Assembly (NCBI GenBank): GCA_041665485.1
Contig: JBAYIT010000001.1
Span: 204,270-268,269 of the forward strand
Source of the DNA: Candidatus Shapirobacteria bacterium
Lineage (GTDB): Bacteria > Patescibacteriota > Microgenomatia > UBA12405
Direction of reading: 5' to 3'
Length of the DNA stretch: 64,000 bases
Position 1 is the first letter of the stretch. The number at the start of each line of letters is the position of its first letter. Made by a program: the position numbers and the translations under genes. The notes below the pieces were generated by a model. The model saw only the letters and a program-made list of their open reading frames with translations. It was not told where the DNA came from and did no database searches. Of the stretch, positions 19,449 to 30,000 are shown in pieces.

Positions 19449-19706
19449 CTACTTGTAAATTTGGTGGGTACCGACGGAAAGAAACCAGATGGTTGATTCG
19501 GATTCGAATTGAAAAATAATTCGATAGTGATAATCGATACTAAATGACCAAAAGTCTTTGAGTTTGCCAGAGAGTCGGTGGGTTTTTAATTGGGGATCGA
19601 ATGGGTTAAGACGAAATATTTTTTCCCGTTTTTCGGCTTTTAATTTAACTTGTTGGGGGATTTTACGATATTCTTTGGCGAATTGGGGTGAGTAGATGAT
19701 TTCCAT
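19449..19706 (-). CDS. RelE/YoeB/YafQ-superfamily type II toxin
   Basis: MEIIYSPQFAKEYRK...LKTHRLSGKLKDFWSFSIDYHYRIIF...VGTHQIY. Confidence 0.9.
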   Translation of the reverse strand: MEIIYSPQFAKEYRKIPQQVKLKAEKREKIFRLNPFDPQLKTHRLSGKLKDFWSFSIDYHYRIIFQFESESTIWFLSVGTHQIYK

Positions 19707-19921
19707 TGACGCAACCCCTTAAGAGAGCGTAGCACCTGACCCTGACCTTTGGCAATTTGGGATTGGCTCGTTTTAAGATGTTTAAGGGCTTCGGATTCGG
19801 AGTATTGACGCAAGAGATAGCGGAAAAATTCGCTTTTGGAGGCGTAGTTACCAGCGACAACATACTCCTCAACAAGAGAGGAGAGGGTTTCCGGTAGAGA
19901 GATATTAATGATAGAGCGCAT
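19640..19921 (-). CDS. Ribbon-helix-helix antitoxin (ParD/CopG-like)
   Basis: IINISLPETL...GNYASKSEFFRYLLR; upstream of the toxin and overlapping it by 67 nt. Confidence 0.85.
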   Translation of the reverse strand: MRSIINISLPETLSSLVEEYVVAGNYASKSEFFRYLLRQYSESEALKHLKTSQSQIAKGQGQVLRSLKGLRQWKSSTHPNSPKNIVKSPNKLN

Positions 19922-20065
19922 GTAATAAATTGTATTACAGGAGAAGATTGTTTGTCAACTAGTACAAAAATTTGACAAAATAGGTAAGGGGGGTTAAAAT
20001 CAAAAAGAAGAATTAAGTTTTCCCCCTTTTGCCTTGTTTTCCTTATTATTTTGTTTTTTTCATAA

Positions 20066-21217
20066 ATGACTGGAGAAAAAATTGAAGAGCCATCAGTGGT
20101 GGCGGGTGTTGGTGTTGAGCAAATTATTGGTTATTTGGATATTGCCAATGATGGTGGCGGGTTTGTTCGGCCATTGTTTACGCCAAGTATTCGTGATGCC
20201 TATCTGCCGGCGATGCAGATTAGGAGATATGGATTAAGGATGGGAGATTTGATAGTAGGGCTGGCCAAGGCACCAAAAGAAAACGAAAAGTATTGGGGGA
20301 TAGTGAGAATTTCCAAAGTTAACGAAGTTGATTTAATGGCAGCGGGGCGGAGGCCGGACTTTAGGGATCTGGTGCCAATTTACCCAACAAAACAGGTAAA
20401 ACTAGAAAGTGACCCGGAGATAATATCGACGAGAATTATTGACCTTTTTTGCCCAATCGGCTTTGGCCAAAGAGGAATGATTGTTAGCCCGCCGAAAGCT
20501 GGTAAAACAACACTTTTAAAGGAGATTGCCAGTGGAGTGGCGAAAAATTATCCAGAGATTCATTTGATGGCGGTGCTAGTGGGAGAGAGGCCAGAAGAGG
20601 TGACCGATATGCAAAGATTTATTAAGGGGGAAGTAGTGGCCAGTAGTTTTGACCAAAAACCAGAGGAACAGACAAAGGCGGCGGAAATTGCGATTGAAAG
20701 AGCTAAAAGATTGGTGGAGCAGGGAAAAGATGTGTTTATGGTGTTTGACTCGATTACCAGGTTGGCCCGGGCTTATAATTTGGCGATTCCAACTTCGGGA
20801 AGAACATTGTCGGGAGGATTTGACCCAGCAGCTTTGTATCCGTCGAAGAAATTTTTCGGAGCAGCCAGAAAGATTGAAAACGGTGGAAGTTTGACGATTA
20901 TCGGAACGGCTCTAGTAGACACCGGCTCAAAAATGGACGAATTAATTTTTGAGGAATTTAAGGGAACCGGCAATATGGAATTGAGACTGACAAGAGAATT
21001 GGCGGAAAGAAGGATTTTTCCGGCTTTTGATGTGTTGAAATCGGGAACAAGAAAGGAAGAGTTACTGCTTGACGATAGTACTTTGGGAAGAATTGTTTCA
21101 ATTAGGAGAATGTTTGATACTTTGGGGAATACCGATGAAGCAGCGGAGATGATTATTGACCAAATGAGAAAAACCAAAACCAATGCCGATTTCTTGGCAA
21201 AAGTGGTTAAAAAATAA
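20066..21217 (+). CDS. rho: Transcription termination factor Rho
   Basis: PIGFGQRGMIVSPPKAGKT, DSITRLARAYN, EEFKGTGNMEL, SGTRKEELL. Confidence 0.98.
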   Translation: MTGEKIEEPSVVAGVGVEQIIGYLDIANDGGGFVRPLFTPSIRDAYLPAMQIRRYGLRMGDLIVGLAKAPKENEKYWGIVRISKVNEVDLMAAGRRPDFRDLVPIYPTKQVKLESDPEIISTRIIDLFCPIGFGQRGMIVSPPKAGKTTLLKEIASGVAKNYPEIHLMAVLVGERPEEVTDMQRFIKGEVVASSFDQKPEEQTKAAEIAIERAKRLVEQGKDVFMVFDSITRLARAYNLAIPTSGRTLSGGFDPAALYPSKKFFGAARKIENGGSLTIIGTALVDTGSKMDELIFEEFKGTGNMELRLTRELAERRIFPAFDVLKSGTRKEELLLDDSTLGRIVSIRRMFDTLGNTDEAAEMIIDQMRKTKTNADFLAKVVKK

Positions 21218-21661
21218 GAATTTACGAATTTACGAATTTACGAATCTGGAAAGATAGATGGAGAACAAAACAATCAAATCCTTTACAGATCTTCTTGTTT
21301 GGAGACAAGCTCATGAATTGGTGTTGGAAATCTATAAAGTAACAAAAACGTTTCCTACAGAGGAAAAATATGGATTGACTGATCAAATAAGAAGAGCAGC
21401 AATTTCAATAACCAGTAATATTGCCGAAGGATTTTCTCGTGGCGGTTACAAAGAAAAATGTCAATTTTACTATATGTCTTTGGGTTCTTTGACTGAGGTT
21501 CAAAATCAATTACTGGTTGCTAGGGATGTTGGATATATTAGTAGTTTAGAATTTAATCGGATGGCGGAGAAAACTATTTCAGTACAGAAATTATTAAATA
21601 GATTTATTTCGACAACAAAAAGTTTTATCTAGATTCTAGATTCGTTAATTCTAGATTCTTA
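21215..21661. repeat. Periodic inverted-repeat arms flanking four-helix-bundle gene 1
   Basis: TAA(GAATTTAC)3GAATCTGGA at 21215-21250 is imperfectly complementary to TCTAGATTCTAGATTCGTTAATTCTAGATTCTTA at 21628-21661. Confidence 0.85.
21258..21632 (+). CDS. Four helix bundle protein (TIGR02436 / 23S rRNA IVP / Avd-like)
   Basis: SFTDLLVWRQAHEL...FPTEEKYGLTDQIRRAAISITSNIAEG...GSLTEVQNQL. Confidence 0.93.
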   Translation: MENKTIKSFTDLLVWRQAHELVLEIYKVTKTFPTEEKYGLTDQIRRAAISITSNIAEGFSRGGYKEKCQFYYMSLGSLTEVQNQLLVARDVGYISSLEFNRMAEKTISVQKLLNRFISTTKSFI

Positions 21662-21664
21662 ATT

Positions 21665-22774
21665 ATGGAAATAATAGGAAGAAGGAATATAAAAATAGAG
21701 TGGGGATTGATCAAGGAGTTTTTGAGATGTCAGTGGCAACTTTTGGCAGTGATAGCAACCGCCCTTTTGGGTTGGTCGGTGATAATCAAGGGGACTTTGA
21801 CGAAGTTAATGTATCGACAGAGGGGGAGATTTTCTCAAGGTTTTGTGAACGCCAGCTTGGCGGGAATGGTGCTACTGGTGTTAACTTTTTCGGGAAAACT
21901 TGAGGAAATAATTTCTAAAAGCCAGAGTGGGAATGAAAACCAAGGGGGAAATTATTATTTGCTGGCGACGGAAGGGGGGATGGATGTGGGGACATTGGTG
22001 TCTAACTCGCAAAAGGGTGAGGTGACTGAGTATCGGGTGGAGGCAGGAGATACAGTTTCGAGTATTGCCCAAAAGTTTTCGGTAAGTATTGATACGATTC
22101 TCTGGGAGAATAATTTGAAGTCGGCTGACAGCATTAAAGAAAAACAAATTTTGAGAATTTTGCCGGTGACGGGGCTTCGTTATAAGGTGGCCAGAGGAGA
22201 AACGATTTACAGTGTGGCAAAAAAGCTTCAAGTTGACGCCCAAAACATTATTGATTACCCATTTAACAGTTTTAGCAATGACGAAACTTTTGCTCTATTG
22301 GCGGGACAGGAATTAATTGTGCCAGACGGAATTAAACAGAAAGAAATAGTGGTGGATACCAACAGATATTTGGCTAGGACAGTGGCGCCGATTCCGGGAG
22401 TGGTGGGGGAGGGTAACTTTATGTGGCCGACTTCGGGGAGGATTAGCCAAAAGTATTATTGGTATCATCCGGCGGTGGATATTGCCAATGCCTCGGGCCC
22501 GGATATTGTGGCGGCCCAAGGGGGGACAGTGGTGACGGCTGGTTGGAACGCCGGAGGCTATGGTAATTATGTGATAATTGACCACGGAAATGGTTTTAAA
22601 ACTCTATATGGACATATGGTAACCGGATCGCTTTTGGTGTCGGCGGGCCAGAAGGTTAATCAGGGACAAAAAATTGGAAGAATGGGAAGTACGGGGAGGT
22701 CGACGGGGACACATTTGCATTTCGAAGTGATCGGGCTAAAGGGTAAAGTTGATCCGTTGGGAGTACTTAAATAA
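21665..22774 (+). CDS. LysM x2 + M23 family peptidase
   Basis: YRVEAGDTVSSIAQKF, YKVARGETIYSVAKK; HPAVD, YGH, GSTGRSTGTHLHFE. Confidence 0.93.
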   Translation: MEIIGRRNIKIEWGLIKEFLRCQWQLLAVIATALLGWSVIIKGTLTKLMYRQRGRFSQGFVNASLAGMVLLVLTFSGKLEEIISKSQSGNENQGGNYYLLATEGGMDVGTLVSNSQKGEVTEYRVEAGDTVSSIAQKFSVSIDTILWENNLKSADSIKEKQILRILPVTGLRYKVARGETIYSVAKKLQVDAQNIIDYPFNSFSNDETFALLAGQELIVPDGIKQKEIVVDTNRYLARTVAPIPGVVGEGNFMWPTSGRISQKYYWYHPAVDIANASGPDIVAAQGGTVVTAGWNAGGYGNYVIIDHGNGFKTLYGHMVTGSLLVSAGQKVNQGQKIGRMGSTGRSTGTHLHFEVIGLKGKVDPLGVLK

Positions 22775-22965
22775 AATTTTTAATTTTTAATTTTTAATTT
22801 TAAATCAATTTTTAATTCATAATTTTAAAATTAGAAAATTATATTTTGACTAAAAATTTCAAATTTTAAATTTAAAATTAAATTGTCGTGGTGGGGGCGG
22901 GGGATGTGCGGAAAAAAGACCTAGGTGGTGATAGACAGTGGGCGGATGATTTGTTAGTCTGGCTT

Positions 22966-24915
22966 ATGATAAAGAAGATTTTTATATGGTATGTAGTAAT
23001 TGCTAACTGCTTATGGCTGGTGGCTTGGTTACCAGTGTCGACTGACCCGTTTGGATGGGGAAAAAATTGGCTATTGCTGGCAACTTTGGTAATAGGCTGG
23101 TGTTTGTGGACGGTGGCGAATCTGACGGGTGAAAGAAAACTAAGAGTTAATCGATATGCGATTTGGTTGCTGGCGTGGTTGGCATTAGCACTGGTGTCAT
23201 GGTGGTTGTTGCCGGGGCTTGGGGCAAGAAATAGGTCAATGTTAATTCCGGGTGGAGTGGGAACTTTAATTGGAGTAGTGTTGTGGTTTTGGTTATGGCT
23301 TCAGGGTGGGAAACAATTAAGGAAAGGACAATTTTTGGGATTGACAGTGGTGGCGGTGATAACGGTGGTGGTGGGGGTGGTGACTTTTATGATCCCGGAA
23401 AAGAGTTTACCGATTTTATGGCCAAAAGATAATCCAATTTTGGCGATTGGCCAGGGTTGGTCGATGTTTGGTTCTTTGTTGTCGGAAGTAGTATTTTTGG
23501 CAGTGATGGCCGGATGGTGGATCAAACGGGTGATTGGCAAACTTCGAGTTAACGAGAGTGGTTATGTGGTGGAAGCGATCGTGGCCGGGGTGTTGATTTT
23601 GGGATTGGGAGTGGATGTTTTTAGGATATTTAAATTGGGAGTGGTGGTTTTAGATTTAAATAGTAGTTGGGTAATAGCCTTGGAGGCAATGAAGAGAAAT
23701 CAATGGCTGGGAGTGGGGGTAGGGAATTATATCGAGGCTTTTAATTTGTTTAAGCCGGCATCTTTTAATTTGGGGCAGACCTGGACAACGGTTTTTTCCG
23801 GAGCAACAGTAGCCTTAATTCAGTGGTGGACGGAAATGGGATTAGCGGGAATGGTGCTGATAGGAATTGTGCTGACAATGGCGATTAAATCAAGAAGCCC
23901 GGGGGTAATTTTGGCAATGGCAATGTTCTTTTTACTGCCGGTAAATCAGGTGGTGTTGATGGTAGCATTAATGTTGTTGTTTTGGTCGGTGGAAACGACA
24001 AAAAGTGAAGTCCGGGTGGCAGTAGGAGAAAAAGGAGTAAATATTGGGCCGGTATTGATGGCTTTGGTGGTTTGGGGTTTGGCAATTTGGAGTAGCTATA
24101 ATTTAGGTAAGGTGTTGTTGGCGGAAGTGAGGATGAGGAGTTCGCTTTTGGCAATGGCAAAAAATGACGGGGTGAGAACTTATAATGAAGAGATATTGGC
24201 GATAGGGCTTAACCCCAATGATAGTGATTACAGGAGGATTTATTCGCAAACTAATTTAGCTTTGGCAAAAAATATTTTAGCCAATAAAGATCTAACTGAT
24301 GAAGACAAACAGAGGGCGTCGACTTTGGTGGAGCAGTCGGTTAGGGAAGCGAAGGTAGCAGTAAGTTTGGATAATTTAAACTCGGCCAATTGGGCAAATT
24401 TAGCGGTGATTTATCGCGAGTTGGTGGGGTTGGTTGACGGAGCGGCAGATTGGAGTTATCAGGCCTATACCCAAGCGGTGGCGCTGGATCCGACTAATCC
24501 GACTTTGAGATTAAATTTTGGTGGCTTACTTTATGCGGCTAATCGCTTTGAGGAGGCGGACAGGATGTTTGAGCAGGTGGTAACAAACAAGGCCGATTTG
24601 GCTAATGGCTGGTATAACTGGGCATACACGGCAAAAAATATGAACAAACTTTCGGAGGCAGTGGCAAGGCTGTCACAAGCTTTGACTTTGGTGCCGGTTG
24701 ATTCAACTGACAGGACAAAAGCAGAGGGAGAACTGGCGGGGTGGAAGAAAGAGCTGGAGGCTTTAAATCAGAAGCAAGGACAGGTGGGGCAAGTGACCGG
24801 AGAACCAACTCCGACACCAACAGAGGTGTTGAAGGTGGCAGAACCATTGCCAACGGCAAGCGAGGAGACAAAAGTAGTAGTGCCGACGGGGAGCTTGGAA
24901 CCACCGAAGAATTAG
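22966..24915 (+). CDS. Polytopic membrane protein (O-antigen-ligase-like) with C-terminal TPRs
   Basis: Many TM segments, WLGVGVGNY, TPR-like AVALDPTNP and ANGWYNWA. Confidence 0.75.
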   Translation: MIKKIFIWYVVIANCLWLVAWLPVSTDPFGWGKNWLLLATLVIGWCLWTVANLTGERKLRVNRYAIWLLAWLALALVSWWLLPGLGARNRSMLIPGGVGTLIGVVLWFWLWLQGGKQLRKGQFLGLTVVAVITVVVGVVTFMIPEKSLPILWPKDNPILAIGQGWSMFGSLLSEVVFLAVMAGWWIKRVIGKLRVNESGYVVEAIVAGVLILGLGVDVFRIFKLGVVVLDLNSSWVIALEAMKRNQWLGVGVGNYIEAFNLFKPASFNLGQTWTTVFSGATVALIQWWTEMGLAGMVLIGIVLTMAIKSRSPGVILAMAMFFLLPVNQVVLMVALMLLFWSVETTKSEVRVAVGEKGVNIGPVLMALVVWGLAIWSSYNLGKVLLAEVRMRSSLLAMAKNDGVRTYNEEILAIGLNPNDSDYRRIYSQTNLALAKNILANKDLTDEDKQRASTLVEQSVREAKVAVSLDNLNSANWANLAVIYRELVGLVDGAADWSYQAYTQAVALDPTNPTLRLNFGGLLYAANRFEEADRMFEQVVTNKADLANGWYNWAYTAKNMNKLSEAVARLSQALTLVPVDSTDRTKAEGELAGWKKELEALNQKQGQVGQVTGEPTPTPTEVLKVAEPLPTASEETKVVVPTGSLEPPKN

Positions 24916-25359
24916 ATCCTAGTTCCTAGTTCCTAGATCATAGATCCTAGTTCCTAGATTTTGGATTTTAGGTATTTGATGAGAGAGTTCAACATTTTAC
25001 CGATTTGGTTGGACATTTCGATTAAGTGGTTATACTCCAGTATTTTGATATAACCTAAATCTTTAGCAAGTAAGAGGTGATACTTGGTTTCGGCTAAAGA
25101 ACCCTTGGAGGTGTATAGAAATTGAATATACTCTTTTTTCGTTTGGCGTTCGTTTCCTTCGACGATGTTGGTGGCAACAGAACTGGACGATCTTTTAACC
25201 TGATCCGTTAAAGAGTATTTTTCTTCGGGTGGAAATGTTTTAGTTGCTTTGTAAACTTCGACAGTAAGTTGGTGAGACAATTGCCATACCCTTAAGTTTT
25301 CAAAACTGTTTTGTTCTGTTTCCATCTAACATCTAGGACCTAGCAACTAGGATCTAATT
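24910..25359. repeat. 29-bp heptad-built inverted repeat flanking four-helix-bundle gene 2
   Basis: AATTAGATCCTAGTTCCTAGTTCCTAGAT (24910-24938) versus the reverse complement of 25331-25359 gives 27/29 identity. Confidence 0.9.
24954..25325 (-). CDS. Four helix bundle protein (copy 2)
   Basis: SFENLRVWQLSHQL...FPPEEKYSLTDQVKRSSSSVATNIVEG...GSLAETKYHL. Confidence 0.93.
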   Translation of the reverse strand: METEQNSFENLRVWQLSHQLTVEVYKATKTFPPEEKYSLTDQVKRSSSSVATNIVEGNERQTKKEYIQFLYTSKGSLAETKYHLLLAKDLGYIKILEYNHLIEMSNQIGKMLNSLIKYLKSKI

Positions 25360-26508
25360 AATAATCCACCACTTGAATTCAATGTCTTCGGTAACAGGGG
25401 AGTCGAGGCCGACAATAAAGGAGCCGGGTTGTTTGGAGAAGATTTGAAGGTTTTGATTTTTGCCACCTTTTGTTGTAGTTAGGTAGATTTGGGATAGGGA
25501 TGAGACGTGGGAGTTGGTGATAGTTAGTTGCTTTTGATTGGCGGGTAGGGTGCTGTTGCCGGAGAGAGCGTTGCTGTCGGATTGATTAACAACAGAGATC
25601 TTTTTGTCGGTTTCGGGAGAGGCGATGATGGGGCCATTGGGAATTGAGGCTTCGAGAAGAGGACCTTCGGGAGAGATGGTAGATCCTGGATCCTGGATCC
25701 TGGATGGGAATGAAGTGGGATTATTATTTTTATTTTGCGACAGTAAATTTTCCAGGGCGGATTTTTCCGAAGAAACAACTTGAATTTGGCTTTGGTCGGT
25801 AAGGAGGGGAAGGAGGCGGGTGTAGGTGGCTAGGGCCTCTGGTATTTGGCCAATTTGTTGTTGGAGGCGGGCGAGATCGTAAAAATTCTGAGCCTTGGTG
25901 GGTTCGAGACTGACGGTGGCCATAAGGTATTGGAGAGTATTTTGGGCATCGCCTTTTTTAGCATAGAGCGAGGCCAAAAGGCGAGATATTTCGGCAGAAG
26001 ACGGATTTAGTCGATTGGCGATGGAAAAATCGGCTAAAGCAGAATCGATAAATTGAGGCTGGGAGTCGGAAAGAGATTGATAGATACGGGCGCGTTGTTC
26101 GTAACCACGGAAATCTTGAGGGAATAATTTGATGGCATCGGTGGCGGAGAGGATGGACTGATTGAGAAGGTCGATAGTAGATGGTCGATCGTTGATCGTC
26201 GATGTTGGTTTTTGTTGTTGGAGGGCGAGGGCCTGTGAGAAGTATGTTTGGGAGGCGAGGAGGTAATGTTGGATGGACTTGGGAACTTGGGTGGGAATGA
26301 TTTGGATCTTAGATGGTAGATCTTGGATCTTAGATGAAGGATTTTGATTAGATTTGAGGAGGACGAGACTGCCAAAAGAGATAATGGAGAGGCCGGAAAT
26401 GGAGAGGAGGGGGAGCACGGAGTTCTTAGATCTTGGATGATAGATCTTAGATGGTTGAGAGAGGCCGAGAGAAGAGAGTTTGGTGATTTGATCGGGAGTG
26501 AGATACAT
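25354..26508 (-). CDS. Membrane-anchored TPR protein with C-terminal WWIIN beta-domain
   Basis: One TM, TPR motifs (AIKLFPQDFRGY, LEPTKAQNFYDLA), and a C-terminal domain similar to that of the giant protein. Confidence 0.75.
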   Translation of the reverse strand: MYLTPDQITKLSSLGLSQPSKIYHPRSKNSVLPLLSISGLSIISFGSLVLLKSNQNPSSKIQDLPSKIQIIPTQVPKSIQHYLLASQTYFSQALALQQQKPTSTINDRPSTIDLLNQSILSATDAIKLFPQDFRGYEQRARIYQSLSDSQPQFIDSALADFSIANRLNPSSAEISRLLASLYAKKGDAQNTLQYLMATVSLEPTKAQNFYDLARLQQQIGQIPEALATYTRLLPLLTDQSQIQVVSSEKSALENLLSQNKNNNPTSFPSRIQDPGSTISPEGPLLEASIPNGPIIASPETDKKISVVNQSDSNALSGNSTLPANQKQLTITNSHVSSLSQIYLTTTKGGKNQNLQIFSKQPGSFIVGLDSPVTEDIEFKWWIIN

Positions 26509-26566
26509 GTGAGAAAATTTTAAATTCTAAATTCTAAATTTTAAATTTTAAATAAAAACAAGATAG

Positions 26567-26908
26567 TTATTTTTTAATTAGAGCAATTTTAGAAAAAATA
26601 AGAGAAAGTTCGTGAGCTTCTTGGTAAAGAATAGCAAAAATAGCATGTTGATTTGGGATTGCTTTAAAAAACATCTTTAACCAGTAGCGAGTTTCCATTG
26701 ATTCTCTTTTACAAATTAGGATTTTATTACGAAAATCTTTGGGACTTGAAGCTCCATTGGCTTCAGAATAATTAGCACCAATACTGGTAGCACTACGAAT
26801 TATTTGTTTGATTAATGGTAAGGTAATGGCTGTTTTGGGTAATTTTTGGCACAGATCAATAATATCTTCGCTAAATTTTTCAGTTCTTTTTTCTAAGTTG
26901 TACTCCAT
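26567..26908 (-). CDS. Four helix bundle protein (copy 3, second subfamily)
   Basis: YNLEKRTEKF...QIIRSATSIGANYSEA...DFRNKILICKRESMETRYWL. Confidence 0.92.
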   Translation of the reverse strand: MEYNLEKRTEKFSEDIIDLCQKLPKTAITLPLIKQIIRSATSIGANYSEANGASSPKDFRNKILICKRESMETRYWLKMFFKAIPNQHAIFAILYQEAHELSLIFSKIALIKK

Positions 26909-27020
26909 GAGATATAAGAAAATTTTAAATTCTAAATTTTTTAATTTTAAATAAAAACAAAAATAAAACTTATAATCACTGATTATTTTAGAATTTAGAA
27001 TTTAAAATTTAGAATTGTTT

Positions 27021-30000
27021 TTAGTTAATGATCCACCAATTAATATCAATATTATGATCGAGGGGGTTGTCGATGGCAATGGTGAAACTAGATTTTAGAT
27101 CTTGGATGTTAGATGTTGGATCAATGTATTTGTCTTTAATATAAATGACTTGATTGTTAGTTGAGCCGACGGGGGTGAGGTAGACCATGGAAGCAGAAGT
27201 GAGTTGGTTGTTGAGGATGATGATTTCGGTTTGGCCGGCGATGAGAGTAGTGGTGCCGGCGGTAGTATTGGAAGCGATTTCCGCCGATTGGGTAGCAGAT
27301 TCACTCGGATCGGCTTGGGCGATGGCGACGTTGGGGAGGATGGTTAACTTGTTAGATCTTAGATCCTGGATGTTAGATGTTAGAGCGGTGAGAGAGGTGG
27401 TTTGAATATCGGAGGCAGTTATAAGATAGGTGGAGAGGGAACCCGAAATTGTGGCAGTTTGAGCGGTTAAGGTGCCGTTTAGATAGATATTTCCATTAAC
27501 AGTGACATCGCCGTTGTCGGCAATAATAAGAGTGTTGTTCATGATGTTAATAGTGCCAACTTTGGAGGGTTGAATGTAGAGAACCGAGGCGGTGGTTTCA
27601 ATAAGATTGTCTTTAATGATAATTTGGCCGGATTGGAGGGTGCCGGAAATTAGGGCGTCGGCCAATTCGGCTTGGCCGGCGACGGCCAACTGCCCAGCAA
27701 CAACCAGATTGTCGGTAAGAGCCAGAGAGCCGGTAATTTGAGCCGAGCCGGTGGAAATATCAGCCAGCCAGTTTTCTGATTGAGAGAGTAAGACGTCTTC
27801 TGGGGGAGTAGTAACAGTGGATGTGTCGATGATTTTCTTGACTTCGTCGCGGAGGGCGGAGATTTTTTGAGTCATCAGGTCGCCAAAGTTACCTTCACGG
27901 CTGATGATTTGATCGGCGTAGAGGATGCCACTGATGGTGGCATCTTTAGATCTTAGATCCTGGATGTTAGATGTTAGAGCGGTGATAGCGTTGGCGGAGA
28001 GAGTGGTAACACCGATGTCTTGGGCGGTGATGGTTTTGGATTTTAGATCCTGGATGTTAGATGTTAGGGAGTCAAGGTGATCGACATTAAGGCTGGGGGT
28101 TTTAATGTTTTGAGCGAAGAGAGAGCCAATAACTTCGGTGTCGCCGCCGATTTTGAGAGTAGAACCAATACCGGTGTTAGAGATTGGTGTAATAGTTTGT
28201 GTTTCGATATCATTAGATACTAATTTGGAAGTATTAATGATTCCTGCCTTTAGATTGGCAATAAGAGCTTGACTGAACTGTCCAAGACGGGTAACGGCGG
28301 AGCCGTTACTGGATGTTAGATGATAGATCTTAGATCCTGGATCTTGGATGTTAGTTTCTGGTGAAGTGACGATCTGGCCGAGGGTGTCGAGAGTAAGGAG
28401 GGTGTCGGGGTCAAACCAGCTAGGTTGGACTAAAGCGAGAATAGTGCAGTTACCCGGGTCAGAGCAGGAAGATGAGCTTTCCAGAGCTTTACCGATAATT
28501 GGCCCCGAGGTGGTGGCTTTTTGGGCACGGCCTTCGATGGTGGTAGAAGCAGTGAGCGGATCTCCAGGGCTAATAGCTCCATTTTCGAGGGTGATTTTAA
28601 CTGGCACTCGGCCGGAAAGAGCGATGGGGTAGACATTTTGGGAGGTTTCCGAAGAGCCAAGAAGAAGACCGGGATTAGTAGAAACGACACCGACGAGTTT
28701 TTGACTGCCGGCTTGGGCGCGGAGGACATGGCCAGTGTTTTCGAGATCGAAGGTAACAAGTTCGCCGGTGGAGAGATTTTGAGTAGAGGGGTAATTTTCG
28801 GCCAAATCGGCGTTGGCGGTGTCAACCGAGCCGATGTGTAAGACACTGCCATAGTTATTTTGATAATACTGTTTGAAGTACATATCGACGGCGGTATAGC
28901 TGGCGGTGTCCCAGACTGAACCGTTGTAGTAACCAGCTTGGCCTCCAGTATAGGTTGAACTACTATCTTTTTCTCTGACATTGATGTAATTTGATCCGTC
29001 TCCACCAGTGGAGGTGGTGGTAACAAGACAGTATTTGGTACCGGCTTGGAGATAGGGCTTGGTAGAGAAGGTGAGGGAATATTCGGCGCCAGGAGAAGCG
29101 GTTTCGCCAATGCTGGTGTTGGCGATATTACTCGAGGTGGCGACGACGGTTCCGTTTGGTTGGTTGCCATCGCAATTTTGGAGCTGAACAGAGAAGTTGT
29201 AGGAACCGGCACCGACTTTCCATAACTGGAGAGTAACTTTTGACAAGCTACCACTGGCTTGGGGAGTGAAACTTTGAGAAAAAAGACGAGTGCCGTAAAC
29301 AGCAAAACTATTGTTGGGGCCAGTGAAGCCTTGGTCGAGGGTTTCGGCGCCGGCAGCAGTGGAAACATCAATTCGGGCGCTGACGGAACCGTCGGATTTA
29401 TAGAAATAGAAATCATTACCACTGCCGGCCCAGAGACGAAGATCGTCAGTGCCACCTTGTTTGATGTCGCCACCGGCAACAATTAAACTACTACCAACGC
29501 TTAGACTGGTGGATAAATAACCATTGCCAACAACCTGAAGTTTGTAGGTAGGATTGGTAATGCCGATACCGACATTGCCGGTAGAATTTTGGATAAATAA
29601 TCTTGAATTTCCATCCTGATCAATATGGAAGGCGCTGGTAGTGGTTGGCTGTGACAATGTCCAAGTGCTTCGACCAGTTTCAACTAAGATAAACTTTGGC
29701 GTTGTCCCGGCAGTAGTCAAACTGTATATCGTGTTATTTGATTTAATGATGCCATTTACATCGAGGGTATAGCCTGGTGCGGTGGTACCAACACCAACAT
29801 TGCCGGTAGTGTAAAGGTTAGTAAAGCTAGCGGTGCCACCGACATTGAGAAGATAGAGAGCGTTGGTGGAGCCAATACCAAGGCGAGTAGAGATTAAGGC
29901 ATCGCCATTAACTTCTAGTTTGTAGAGGGGATTAGTTGTACCAATACCGACATTTCCGTAATTTGTTATTGTCATTGCTCTTGATAATCCAGCGCTAGCA

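Noticed and set aside
21258-26908. Diversity-generating retroelement suggested by the Avd-like four-helix-bundle genes
   Set aside because: There is no reverse transcriptase in the window, and the repeat pairs I compared do not show adenine-specific TR/VR mismatches.
28430-29482. 350-aa alternative-frame ORF and many other overlapping or antisense ORFs in the track
   Set aside because: These are shadows of strongly skewed, repetitive coding sequence (Pro/Leu/Ser-rich, no motifs).
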